Source of the DNA: an uncultured Syntrophomonadaceae bacterium
GTDB lineage: Bacteria > Bacillota > Dethiobacteria > DTU022
DNA length: 64,000 nucleotides
Direction of reading: 5' to 3'
Assembly (NCBI GenBank): GCA_964420065.1
Contig: CAYQQK010000001.1
Location: 38,087-102,086, forward strand
The first letter of the stretch is position 1. Each line of letters opens with the position of its first letter. A program made the position numbers and the translations under genes. Of this stretch, positions 49,051 through 57,370 are shown in pieces. The notes below the pieces were generated by a model that was not told where the DNA came from, ran no database searches, and worked only from the letters and a program-made list of their open reading frames with translations.

Positions 49051-49944
49051 ATGGGAGCACCGTCACTGCTGATCAAAGCGCCGGCCAAGATCAATCTGGC
49101 CCTGGCGGTTCACGGGCGCCGGGCCGACGGTTATCATACGCTGGAAACGGTGCTTCAAACAGTGCCCTTGGCGGACACACTAACCTTTTTTCACCGGCGG
49201 AAACCCGGGCTGCTTTTCCGGTGCAGTGCCCCGGAACTGGAAAATGTAGATAACCTTGTTTACCGGGCTGCCCGCGCCCTGGAAGAGGATGCCGGCACTG
49301 CGCTGCCGGGAGTTGAAATAGTTCTTCGAAAAGCTATTCCCCGGGCGGCCGGTCTCGGCGGCGGCAGCAGTGATGCCGCCGCGACACTGATCGCCCTGAA
49401 TCGTTTTTGGGGGCTGGGTCGTAATCGTGATCAACTGGCCCGCCTTGGTGCGGCGCTCGGTTCGGATGTGCCCTTTTTTTTCTACGGGCCGACCGCCCTG
49501 GCCCGGGGAAGAGGGGAAATCGTTACGGTCCTGCCCCCTTTACCGTTTTTATGGGCCGTCCTGGCACTCCCGGCCGGTCTAAGACTTTCCACTGCCGCGG
49601 TTTATCGCGCTCTGCCGGATCCCCTGCCGCCGCCGCCCGGTTTGGAGCCGCTCCTGAGGGCCATCCGACAGGGAGACCGGGGACAGGTTTTGCAGTGGCT
49701 TGCCGGGGGAAATATCAATACTTTGGCCGGGGTGGTCCGACCCCGTTATCCCGAGGTACACGATTTGCTAACAACCCTGACCGGTCTCGGTCTTCCGGCA
49801 GCCCTTTCCGGCAGCGGACCGGCAGTTTTTGGACTCACTCCGAGTCGGCAAAAAGCTTTTGCGGTATCCCGCCGGCTTCAAGAGGAGGGCCGGCAAGCTT
49901 ACCTGTGTTGGGTCGGAGAGCGAACGCCGGGGAACAGATCCTGA
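49051..49944 (+). CDS. ispE: 4-diphosphocytidyl-2-C-methyl-D-erythritol kinase
   Basis: GHMP kinase motifs (APAKINLALAV, PRAAGLGGGSSDAAA). Confidence 0.92.
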   Translation: MGAPSLLIKAPAKINLALAVHGRRADGYHTLETVLQTVPLADTLTFFHRRKPGLLFRCSAPELENVDNLVYRAARALEEDAGTALPGVEIVLRKAIPRAAGLGGGSSDAAATLIALNRFWGLGRNRDQLARLGAALGSDVPFFFYGPTALARGRGEIVTVLPPLPFLWAVLALPAGLRLSTAAVYRALPDPLPPPPGLEPLLRAIRQGDRGQVLQWLAGGNINTLAGVVRPRYPEVHDLLTTLTGLGLPAALSGSGPAVFGLTPSRQKAFAVSRRLQEEGRQAYLCWVGERTPGNRS

Positions 49945-50044
49945 GGTTATTTGTTGGGGGGGAAAGGAAATACAGACGGGTAGATCACCCCTGCAATCAA
50001 CCCTTTCGGGGAAACAGGGGGAAAATGGGTTTGATGTTGTAGTT

Positions 50045-50809
50045 ATGGCCGGAAGCAGCGGGATCGACCCCCTGGCCCGGCAGGAAGGCGTTACCAACAA
50101 GGCTTTTATTCTCCTGTCGGGGCGGCCCCTTTTGGCATACGTTCTGGAAAGCCTGGCCCGGGCCCCTTCAATTCGCCGGGTGATTGCGGTCGGGCCCCCG
50201 GTTGAGTTGGAAGCCTTGAGGGAGGGGGGGCTTCCGTTAATTGTTGTCCCCGAAACCGGATCAATGCTGGACAATGCCGCCGCCGGTCTGGAACAGGCGG
50301 CCCCGGATGGACTTTGCCTGCTTTCCACGGGGGATATTCCCTTGCTCACCGCCGGGACGGTTGAACATTTTTTGGCACTGTGCCGGCCCCGGGAAGCCGA
50401 TTTTTTCTATCCGGTCCTGAGCCGGGAAAGCTACCGGTCCTTTCCGGAAACACAGCGCACTTACGTGCGCCTGCGAGACGGCGCTTTGACCGGAGGTAAT
50501 CTGGTCCTGATCCGTCCTTCCTGGTTCCGGGATTACCGGGGGCAACTGGAAATATTTATTGCGACCAGGAAAAACCCGCTAAAGCTATGGCGCTTTTTGC
50601 CCCCGTTGATCCTGTTCAAATTTCTTTGCGGTCGCCTGGCGGTAATCGACCTGGAAGATGCCTTTTCGAAAGCACTTCACCTGCGGGCCAGGGCCGTCCC
50701 CTGCGACCTGGTTGAATTGGGCCTGGACGTGGACAAGCCGGGAGACCTGCAAATAGTCAGGCAGGAGCTGGCCCGCCGGGAAGGCCGAAATCAAAAAGGC
50801 AGTGTATAA
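50045..50809 (+). CDS. MobA-like NTP-transferase domain protein (nucleotidyltransferase); N-terminus uncertain
   Basis: VVVMAGSSGIDPLAR...AFILLSGRPLL and STGDIPLL match the glycosyltransferase-A-like nucleotidyltransferase fold. The listed ORF begins at a TTG at 49829 inside ispE. Confidence 0.55.
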   Translation: MAGSSGIDPLARQEGVTNKAFILLSGRPLLAYVLESLARAPSIRRVIAVGPPVELEALREGGLPLIVVPETGSMLDNAAAGLEQAAPDGLCLLSTGDIPLLTAGTVEHFLALCRPREADFFYPVLSRESYRSFPETQRTYVRLRDGALTGGNLVLIRPSWFRDYRGQLEIFIATRKNPLKLWRFLPPLILFKFLCGRLAVIDLEDAFSKALHLRARAVPCDLVELGLDVDKPGDLQIVRQELARREGRNQKGSV

Positions 50810-50854
50810 TGAAATAGCTGCGGGGTTATGTCCAAAAATTGAGGAGGGGCGATC

Positions 50855-52258
50855 ATGAAACCGGTATGGGCGGTGATCCTGGCTGCCGGAGAGGGGAAGC
50901 GGATGCGCTCGTCCTTGCCGAAAGTGTTGCATCCCTTGTGCGGCCGGCCGATGCTACATTATGTTTTCGATTGTGTCTCGGCTCTGGCCGAACAAGTGGT
51001 AGCGGTGATCGGTCATGGTGGGGTTCAGGTGCGGGAGGCACTTGGTCCGGAGGTGCTTTATGTAACCCAGTTCGAACAAAAGGGGACCGGGCATGCCCTG
51101 CAACAGGCTTTATCCGTATTGCCGGAAGAGGGGCGGGTGCTGGTTCTCGGCGGGGATACTCCTTTACTCCTACCGCACCACCTGCAGGACCTGAAAAGGG
51201 CTTGTACAGGTAGCGCTGCCGCCGTGCTGACCGCGGTGCTGCCCGATCCGGCCGGTTACGGGAGGGTGGTGCGCCGCTCGGACGGTACCCTGAGGGCGGT
51301 GGTGGAAGAAGAGGATGCCACGGCAAGAGAAAGAGCGATCACCGAGATCAACAGCGGCACCTACTGTTTTGAACTGGCGGTGCTGCGGCGCTTTCTGCCT
51401 CGCCTGAAAAATGATAATATCCAGCGCGAATACTATTTACCCGCTGTTTTGTCACTCATGGTTGGTGAGGGGTTACCGGTAGCCCTGCACACGGTGGAGG
51501 ACTACCGGGTGGTCCTTGGAGTCAATGATCGGAGTCAGCTTGCCGAAGCAGCCGCCGTCTGGCGGAGGCGGATCAACCAAGCTCATATGCAGGCCGGTGT
51601 CACTTTGCTTGACCCGGGAAGCATCTATATCGATTACGGGGTCTCCGTGGGTACGGATACGGTAATCTATCCCCAGACCATGCTCGAAGGGGCATGCCGG
51701 GTTGGACAGGGCTGCCGCCTGGGGCCGCAGACCCACCTCACCTGCTCCTCCCTCGGCGACGGCGTTACGGTATCTTTCTCTGTCGTTAAAGAGAGCATGT
51801 TGGAAAGCGGGGCTCAGGTCGGACCTTTCGCCCATTTGCGCCCGGGTTGCCGGATCGGATCCGGGGTCAAGATTGGCAGCTTTGTCGAGATCAAAAACTC
51901 CGTTCTGGGGGCGGGGGCCAAGGCGCCCCACCTCAGCTATGCCGGTGACGCCGATATTGAAGCAGGGGTGAATCTTGGCGCCGGGGTAATCGTGGTTAAC
52001 TATGACGGCAGGCGCAAGTGCCGGACCACCATCGAAAAGGGTGCTTTCATCGGTTGTAACAGCAATCTCGTTGCTCCGGTACGTATCGGGGCGGGCGCCT
52101 ATGTGGCGGCAGGTTCAACCATCACTCGTGATGTAACCGGTGGCGACCTGGCCGTGGCACGAGCCCGCCAGGTCAACCGTCCCGGACTGGCGAACCGCTG
52201 GATTGATCAAGAAAAATCTTTTCCGGCAGGAAACGATGAAACCGATCGAGAAAAATAA
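50855..52258 (+). CDS. glmU: bifunctional UDP-N-acetylglucosamine pyrophosphorylase / glucosamine-1-phosphate N-acetyltransferase
   Basis: N-terminal LAAGEGKRM...LxxL nucleotidyltransferase plus C-terminal left-handed beta-helix hexapeptide repeats; 467 aa. Confidence 0.95.
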   Translation: MKPVWAVILAAGEGKRMRSSLPKVLHPLCGRPMLHYVFDCVSALAEQVVAVIGHGGVQVREALGPEVLYVTQFEQKGTGHALQQALSVLPEEGRVLVLGGDTPLLLPHHLQDLKRACTGSAAAVLTAVLPDPAGYGRVVRRSDGTLRAVVEEEDATARERAITEINSGTYCFELAVLRRFLPRLKNDNIQREYYLPAVLSLMVGEGLPVALHTVEDYRVVLGVNDRSQLAEAAAVWRRRINQAHMQAGVTLLDPGSIYIDYGVSVGTDTVIYPQTMLEGACRVGQGCRLGPQTHLTCSSLGDGVTVSFSVVKESMLESGAQVGPFAHLRPGCRIGSGVKIGSFVEIKNSVLGAGAKAPHLSYAGDADIEAGVNLGAGVIVVNYDGRRKCRTTIEKGAFIGCNSNLVAPVRIGAGAYVAAGSTITRDVTGGDLAVARARQVNRPGLANRWIDQEKSFPAGNDETDREK

Positions 52259-52292
52259 AAATGACGGTTGGTGTAGAAGGGATCTTGGTACG

Positions 52293-53237
52293 GTGCAAAT
52301 CAACAGCAGGCTTAAAGTTTTTAGCGGCAATGCCAACCGCCCCCTGGCCCGGGAGATCGCCGGTTGCATCGGTGTTTCCCTGGGCAAGATTGACCTGTCT
52401 CGTTTCAGTGACGGTGAGATCACTTTAAATATCAAGGAAAGTGTGCGCGGGTACAGCGTTTTCTTGATTCAACCCATCTGCAACCCGGTTAATGAAAACA
52501 TCATGGAACTGTTGATCCTTATCGATGCCGTGCGCCGGGCTTCGGCCAAATCGGTCAATGCCGTCGTGCCCTATTACGGGTATGCCCGCCAGGACCGGAA
52601 AACGCGGGCCCGGGATCCGATCACGGCCAAGCTGGTGGCGGATCTGATCACGGCCGCCGGAGCCGATCGGGTCGTGGCGATGGACCTGCACGCCGGTCAG
52701 ATTCAAGGTTTTTTTAATATTCCATTCGATCATCTTACCGCCGTCCCGATCCTGGCGAAATATTTTCAAGAAAAAAACATTTTTAACGGGGTCGTGGTTT
52801 CTCCTGACCTGGGGGGAGTTACACGGGCCCGCCGGCTCGCCGATCGCCTGGGAATGCCCATTGCCGTGATCGATAAGAAACGCCCTGCGCCCAACCGGTC
52901 CGAGGTAATGAACATTATCGGCCAGGTTCGAAACAAAGCGGCCATTTTAATGGACGATATCATCGATACGGCCGGTACCATTGCCCAGGGGGCGGAGGCG
53001 CTTTTGGAAAAGGGTGTCCGGGAGGTGTATGCTTGCTGTACCCACCCGGTTTTTTCCGGGCCTGCTCTGGAGCGTTTAAGCGGGACTCCCCTCAGGGAAG
53101 TAGTTTTCACCAATACCATTCCGATTCTAGAAGGGCTTCCGTCGGACAAATTCCGCGTTCTTTCGGTAGCGCCCCTGATTGGCGAGGCGATCGTGCGGAT
53201 CCACGAAGAACGTTCTGTTAGTGTCTTGTTTGATTAA
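52293..53237 (+). CDS. prs: ribose-phosphate pyrophosphokinase
   Basis: LKVFSGNANRPLA N-terminus and the PRPP-binding loop DDIIDTAGT. GTG start giving ~314 aa. An alternative ATG at 52236 would overlap glmU. Confidence 0.9.
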   Translation: MQINSRLKVFSGNANRPLAREIAGCIGVSLGKIDLSRFSDGEITLNIKESVRGYSVFLIQPICNPVNENIMELLILIDAVRRASAKSVNAVVPYYGYARQDRKTRARDPITAKLVADLITAAGADRVVAMDLHAGQIQGFFNIPFDHLTAVPILAKYFQEKNIFNGVVVSPDLGGVTRARRLADRLGMPIAVIDKKRPAPNRSEVMNIIGQVRNKAAILMDDIIDTAGTIAQGAEALLEKGVREVYACCTHPVFSGPALERLSGTPLREVVFTNTIPILEGLPSDKFRVLSVAPLIGEAIVRIHEERSVSVLFD

Positions 53238-53333
53238 ACAACCCGCAAGCAACAACTGATTGAAGCCCGTCATTGATCACGGTTTCCGGATAGGGTATAA
53301 TATTTTCCTGTCAAGAAAAACGGAGGATGAACC

Positions 53334-53999
53334 ATGGAACATTTGACATTGGAGGCGGCACCCCGCCGGCGGGTCGGTAAAGGAAAATTGAAACGCCTGC
53401 GAAGCGAGGGCCGGGTGCCGGCGGTGATTTACGGCCGGGGGAAGGATAGCGAAGCATTGCTGGTGGATGGTAAAAACCTGCACCAGATCCTGGCCATGGG
53501 GGGAACCAACGTCCTGGTGGATCTGCGCATCGGGGACGGGAAGGATGAAAAAGCGAAGCAAGAAACGGTGATGCTTAAGGACATCCAGAGGGATATCCTT
53601 TTCATGGACCGGATTGTCCACGTTGATTTTATCCGTATTTCCATGACGGAACGGATCGAGGTATCCGTGCCCCTGAACTTTACCGGGGAACCGGCCGGGG
53701 TGCAGGAAGGCGGTATTGTCCAGCAGGTTCTGCGGGAAATCCTGGTGCGCTGTCTTCCGGCGGCCATTCCGGAAACAGTGGATGTCGATCTTTCGCCTCT
53801 GGGGATCGGCGACAGCATTACCGTGGGCGAGGTCGCCCTGGACGAACAGGTGGAACTGATCACTTCCCCGGATGAAACCGTGGCCCTGGTAACGGTGCCG
53901 GAAATGCTCGAAGAAGAGGAAGAGGCGGAAAAGGAACCCGAAGAAGCATCGGAAAAGCCGTCTGAGGAAGAGTTTCCGGGAAGGGTTGATGAGGGTTAA
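53334..53999 (+). CDS. rplY: 50S ribosomal protein L25 / general stress protein Ctc, with acidic C-terminal tail
   Basis: RRRVGKGKLKRLRSEGRVPAVIYG N-terminus, beta-barrel domain and a Glu-rich tail. Confidence 0.9.
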   Translation: MEHLTLEAAPRRRVGKGKLKRLRSEGRVPAVIYGRGKDSEALLVDGKNLHQILAMGGTNVLVDLRIGDGKDEKAKQETVMLKDIQRDILFMDRIVHVDFIRISMTERIEVSVPLNFTGEPAGVQEGGIVQQVLREILVRCLPAAIPETVDVDLSPLGIGDSITVGEVALDEQVELITSPDETVALVTVPEMLEEEEEAEKEPEEASEKPSEEEFPGRVDEG

Positions 54000-54037
54000 A
54001 GGTGGCCCCGCGTGTGGACCGGAAAGGTGCCGGGAAA

Positions 54038-54604
54038 GTGCACCTGGTTACCGGGTTGGGCAACCCCGGCTTTCGCTACAGCGGTACCAGGCATAACGCC
54101 GGGTTCAGGGTGGTGGAAGCGCTGTCCCGGCACTTGTCCGTCGGCCGGCCGTTCCGCCTTGTACATAGCCTTTGTGCCGAAATTCGCCGTCCCGGCGGTT
54201 TAATTGTTCTGGCCCAGCCTCTGACCTATATGAATTTAAGCGGCCGAGCGGCGGTCGAATTGTGGCGGCGTTACCCGGTCAGCCCGGATTGTTTCTTGCT
54301 GGTCCATGATGACCTGGATCTGCCCCTGGGAACGCTGCGCCTGAAAAGAAACGGCGGCAGCGCCGGGCACCGTGGGGTGCAATCGGTGATCGAGCACCTG
54401 GGATCAGCCTGTTTTGACCGTCTCCGGTTCGGGATTGGCCGCTCGGGGGAGATAGAAGCGGGCGGCTACGTTTTGGCCCCCTTCTCGGCCGGGGAAAACG
54501 AGCTGCTCCGTGGGATCGTGGAAAAGGCGGTCCAGGCCGTGATGATGTGGGTTGAAGAAGGCTTTGAACCGGCTGCAAACCGTTTTAACCGTACCCCGGC
54601 GTAG
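54038..54604 (+). CDS. pth: peptidyl-tRNA hydrolase
   Basis: VTGLGNPG..YSGTRHNAGF, HDDLD and GHRG motifs. GTG start at 54038, 9 nt after GGAAAGG. The ORF as listed begins at 54002. Confidence 0.9.
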   Translation: MHLVTGLGNPGFRYSGTRHNAGFRVVEALSRHLSVGRPFRLVHSLCAEIRRPGGLIVLAQPLTYMNLSGRAAVELWRRYPVSPDCFLLVHDDLDLPLGTLRLKRNGGSAGHRGVQSVIEHLGSACFDRLRFGIGRSGEIEAGGYVLAPFSAGENELLRGIVEKAVQAVMMWVEEGFEPAANRFNRTPA

Positions 54605-54689
54605 TTCGAATCTGATTCCACAAAATTTTGCAAATCCTTACTTGTGCCTTTCCCCGTGCTGTGGTAATATGGATAAAAGCATTTTCAGT

Positions 54690-54990
54690 AAAGGCAATGC
54701 AGGAGGAAAGTAAGCCGGGATTCTTCCCGCGTAGAGAAGCGGGGCCACGGGCTGCAAGCCCTGCCGGGAAAGGACCGGATGAAGTTCCCTTCGAAGCTGT
54801 TGGCTGAAAACCCGTTTTGAAACCGGGGTTAAGTAGGCTTAACCGGTTCTTCCTCGTTAGCGGAAGAGGGTATCGGTGGGTTCCCGGCCCGGGGGTAACT
54901 CTCCCGTACCTGACAAGGCGGGCTGTTTGCTGCAGCTAAATCGGGTGGTAACGCGGATCATATCCGTCCCTTTGAGGGCGGATATTTTTT
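54690..54990 (+). promoter_or_regulatory. T-box riboswitch leader upstream of aroF-pheA (presumably aromatic amino acid, Phe or Tyr tRNA)
   Basis: Putative extended -10 promoter near 54641..54672. Stem-I-like UAGAGAAG. T-box core TCGGGTGGTAACGCGG at 54941..54956. Terminator ATCCGTCCCtttgaGGGCGGAT plus T6 at 54962..54990, immediately before the aroF RBS. Confidence 0.7.
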
Positions 54991-55016
54991 ACTTTCAAAA
55001 GGAGGCTGGAAAGCAA

Positions 55017-56081
55017 ATGATTGTGGTGATGAAGCTTTCGGCGGAGCGGAAACAGATCGAGCGGGTGGAACAACGCCTGGCGGAGATGGGCTACCGGACA
55101 CAGCTAATTCAAGGGGTGGAGCGCATTGTGATCGGTGCGGTTGGGGAGAAAAAAATTACTTTTCCGACCGGCCTGGAAATTCTACCCGGGGTGGAGAAAG
55201 TGGTTCCGGTCATGTCGCCGTACAAACTGGTCAGTCGTGAAAGCAAGGCCGAGAACACTGTGGTAGAGGTGGGGCCGGTTCGGGTTGGCGGGCCGGGATT
55301 GACGATCATGGCCGGGCCCTGCGCGGTGGAAAGCGAGGCACAGTTACTGACCACCGCCCGCCAGGTTAAGGCAGCGGGCGCGCAAATTTTGCGTGGCGGG
55401 GCTTTCAAGCCGCGTACCTCCCCGTACAGCTTTCAAGGGCTGGAGAAAAAAGCGCTGGAGATGCTCGACCGGGTCCGCCGGGAAACGGAATTGCCGGTGG
55501 TTACCGAAGTCCTGACCCCACAGGATGTGGAACTGGTGGCCGGACACTGTGACCTGCTCCAGGTGGGTGCCCGCAATATGCAAAATTTCCCCCTGTTACG
55601 GGAGTTGGGCCGGGCCGGCCGGCCGGTGCTCCTGAAACGGGGTATGGCCAATACCGTTGATGAGTGGCTTATGGCGGCGGAGTACATCCTGGCGGAAGGA
55701 AACTACCGTGTTATTCTATGCGAGCGTGGCATCCGTACATTTGAACACGCGACGCGCAGCACCCTCGATATCAGTGCAATCCCCCTGGTGAAACACCAAA
55801 GCCATCTCCCGGTCGTTGCCGATCCCTGCCACTCGGGCGGTCACTGGCGATTGACCCTTCCCCTGAGCCTGGCGGCGGTGGCGGCCGGAGCTGACGGGCT
55901 TCTGGTGGAGGTACACCACTGTCCGGCGGAAGCACTCTGTGATGGAACCCAGTCACTGACCCCGGCAAACTTTGCCGCTCTCATGGCTGAAACGGCACGG
56001 CTGGCTGCTGCGGTGGGGCGTTTCCTTTCGGCTCCGCTGGAAAAACTGTATTCCGGGGAGGCGCGCTGTGCCGAACATTAA
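55017..56081 (+). CDS. aroF: 3-deoxy-7-phosphoheptulonate (DAHP) synthase, type I-beta, with N-terminal ferredoxin-like regulatory domain
   Basis: KDO8PS/DAHPS-I-beta core (IMAGPCAVES, LRGGAFKPRTSPYSFQG, ADPCHSGG) preceded by a ~75 aa regulatory domain. Start 11 nt after AAGGAGG. Confidence 0.88.
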   Translation: MIVVMKLSAERKQIERVEQRLAEMGYRTQLIQGVERIVIGAVGEKKITFPTGLEILPGVEKVVPVMSPYKLVSRESKAENTVVEVGPVRVGGPGLTIMAGPCAVESEAQLLTTARQVKAAGAQILRGGAFKPRTSPYSFQGLEKKALEMLDRVRRETELPVVTEVLTPQDVELVAGHCDLLQVGARNMQNFPLLRELGRAGRPVLLKRGMANTVDEWLMAAEYILAEGNYRVILCERGIRTFEHATRSTLDISAIPLVKHQSHLPVVADPCHSGGHWRLTLPLSLAAVAAGADGLLVEVHHCPAEALCDGTQSLTPANFAALMAETARLAAAVGRFLSAPLEKLYSGEARCAEH

Positions 56082-56907
56082 ACTGGGGTTCCTTGGCCCA
56101 AGGGGCACTTTCTCCGAGGAAGCGGCTTTGCTTTACCGCCGTCATCACGGGGGGATCGATTTATGCGAGTTCACTTCGATTGGAGAGGTCTGCGAATCGG
56201 TAGTCGGAAGGAGAACGGAACGGGGTATTGTGCCCCTGGAGAATTCCCTGGAGGGTGGGGTGGGGGCGACCCTGGACGCTCTGGCCCTCCTGGAAGGTAT
56301 TGTTATCATCGGGGAACTGCTTTACCCGGTCCAGCATTGTTTACTGGCCCAAAAGGGTTCCCAACCGGGGGAATTCCGGATGGTTTGTTCACACCCCCAT
56401 GCCTTCGGGCAATGCCGCCTTTACCTGCGCCGTTTATTTCCGGATTTGATTTGCCGTCCCGTGGAGAGTACCGCCGCCGCGGCAAGCCTGGCGGCGTGCG
56501 ATGCGGGTATTGCCGCCGTGGCTCCCGCCCGGGCCGCTTTGCTTTATGATCTGGAGGTGTTGGCGGAGGGGATTCAGGATCATCCGGGCAGTACAACCCG
56601 TTTCATCGTTCTGGCCAATACCGAATCGCCCCCGACCGGCCGGGACAAGACCTCCCTTGTACTGGCCGGACCGGATGGCCCGGGAAGCTTGCATCGGATT
56701 CTTGGTTTTTTTGCCCGCTGGGAAATCAATCTGACCCGGATTGAATCGCGACCCTCGCGGCGCAACCTGGGTGATTATCTCTTTTTTATTGATTGTCAGG
56801 GGCATCGCCGCGAACCCCGGTTAAAACAATTGTTTCGCTCCCTGCAGCGTGAGACCAGTTTTTTGAAGATCCTTGGTTCGTACCCCCGGGCAGAAGAGGG
56901 ACGATGA
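56068..56907 (+). CDS. pheA: prephenate dehydratase with C-terminal ACT domain
   Basis: PDT domain (LGFLGPRGTFSEEAA, TRF...ESRP motif) plus ACT. GTG start 10 nt after GGGGAGG, overlapping the aroF end by 14 nt. The listed ORF start at 55972 lies inside aroF. Confidence 0.85.
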   Translation: MPNIKLGFLGPRGTFSEEAALLYRRHHGGIDLCEFTSIGEVCESVVGRRTERGIVPLENSLEGGVGATLDALALLEGIVIIGELLYPVQHCLLAQKGSQPGEFRMVCSHPHAFGQCRLYLRRLFPDLICRPVESTAAAASLAACDAGIAAVAPARAALLYDLEVLAEGIQDHPGSTTRFIVLANTESPPTGRDKTSLVLAGPDGPGSLHRILGFFARWEINLTRIESRPSRRNLGDYLFFIDCQGHRREPRLKQLFRSLQRETSFLKILGSYPRAEEGR

Positions 56908-57015
56908 TCGCCTTGATACCGCCGCCGGTATTGCCTGCTCGGGGATAATTGCCCTCCCGGAAGGGAAGCATATTGCTGTCAGGTAGGTAGTAAGCTTGAA
57001 GGAAGAACGGCGGCA

Positions 57016-57261
57016 ATGAGCAAAGTCAAGGTTACTTATGTTTGCAACCGCTGTGGCACCCTGATCGGGGCGCTCGATCTGGACGGGTGGGAACTGTTGG
57101 AGTTGGGTCTGGATCCGTTGACGGCGCAGTGGCGGGAAGATATAATAAAAGACGTTCAAACTGGGGATATGTTTGTCTATTCTCTTTGTGATGATTGCAC
57201 CGAAACCATGGCCTGGCATGAAAGTGACCTTCCGTACCGGAGGGCGCCCGATTGGCATTAA
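57016..57261 (+). CDS. fin: anti-sigma-F factor Fin (YabK family), zinc-ribbon protein
   Basis: 81 aa with CNRCG...CDDC in the conserved pth-fin-mfd position. Confidence 0.7.
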   Translation: MSKVKVTYVCNRCGTLIGALDLDGWELLELGLDPLTAQWREDIIKDVQTGDMFVYSLCDDCTETMAWHESDLPYRRAPDWH

Positions 57262-57370
57262 TACCTGAAGCCGGATCATTTAAGGGGCCATTTTCAGAAA
57301 GATTTATCCGCAGTTATCATTTTTGGTTTCTTTTTGTTTTTGATGCACCCCCCGTGGAGGAATACCGCCC

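Noticed and set aside
53238-53333. Sigma-B-type promoter for ctc (as in B. subtilis)
   Set aside because: GTTTCC and GGGTAT are present but only 6 nt apart, whereas 12-15 are needed. The region fits a sigma-A TTGATC-N17-TATAAT promoter instead.
56908-57015. Sigma-F-like promoter upstream of fin (GCATA...GGTAGTAAGCT)
   Set aside because: The spacing and -10 match are poor. Not called without a matrix scan.
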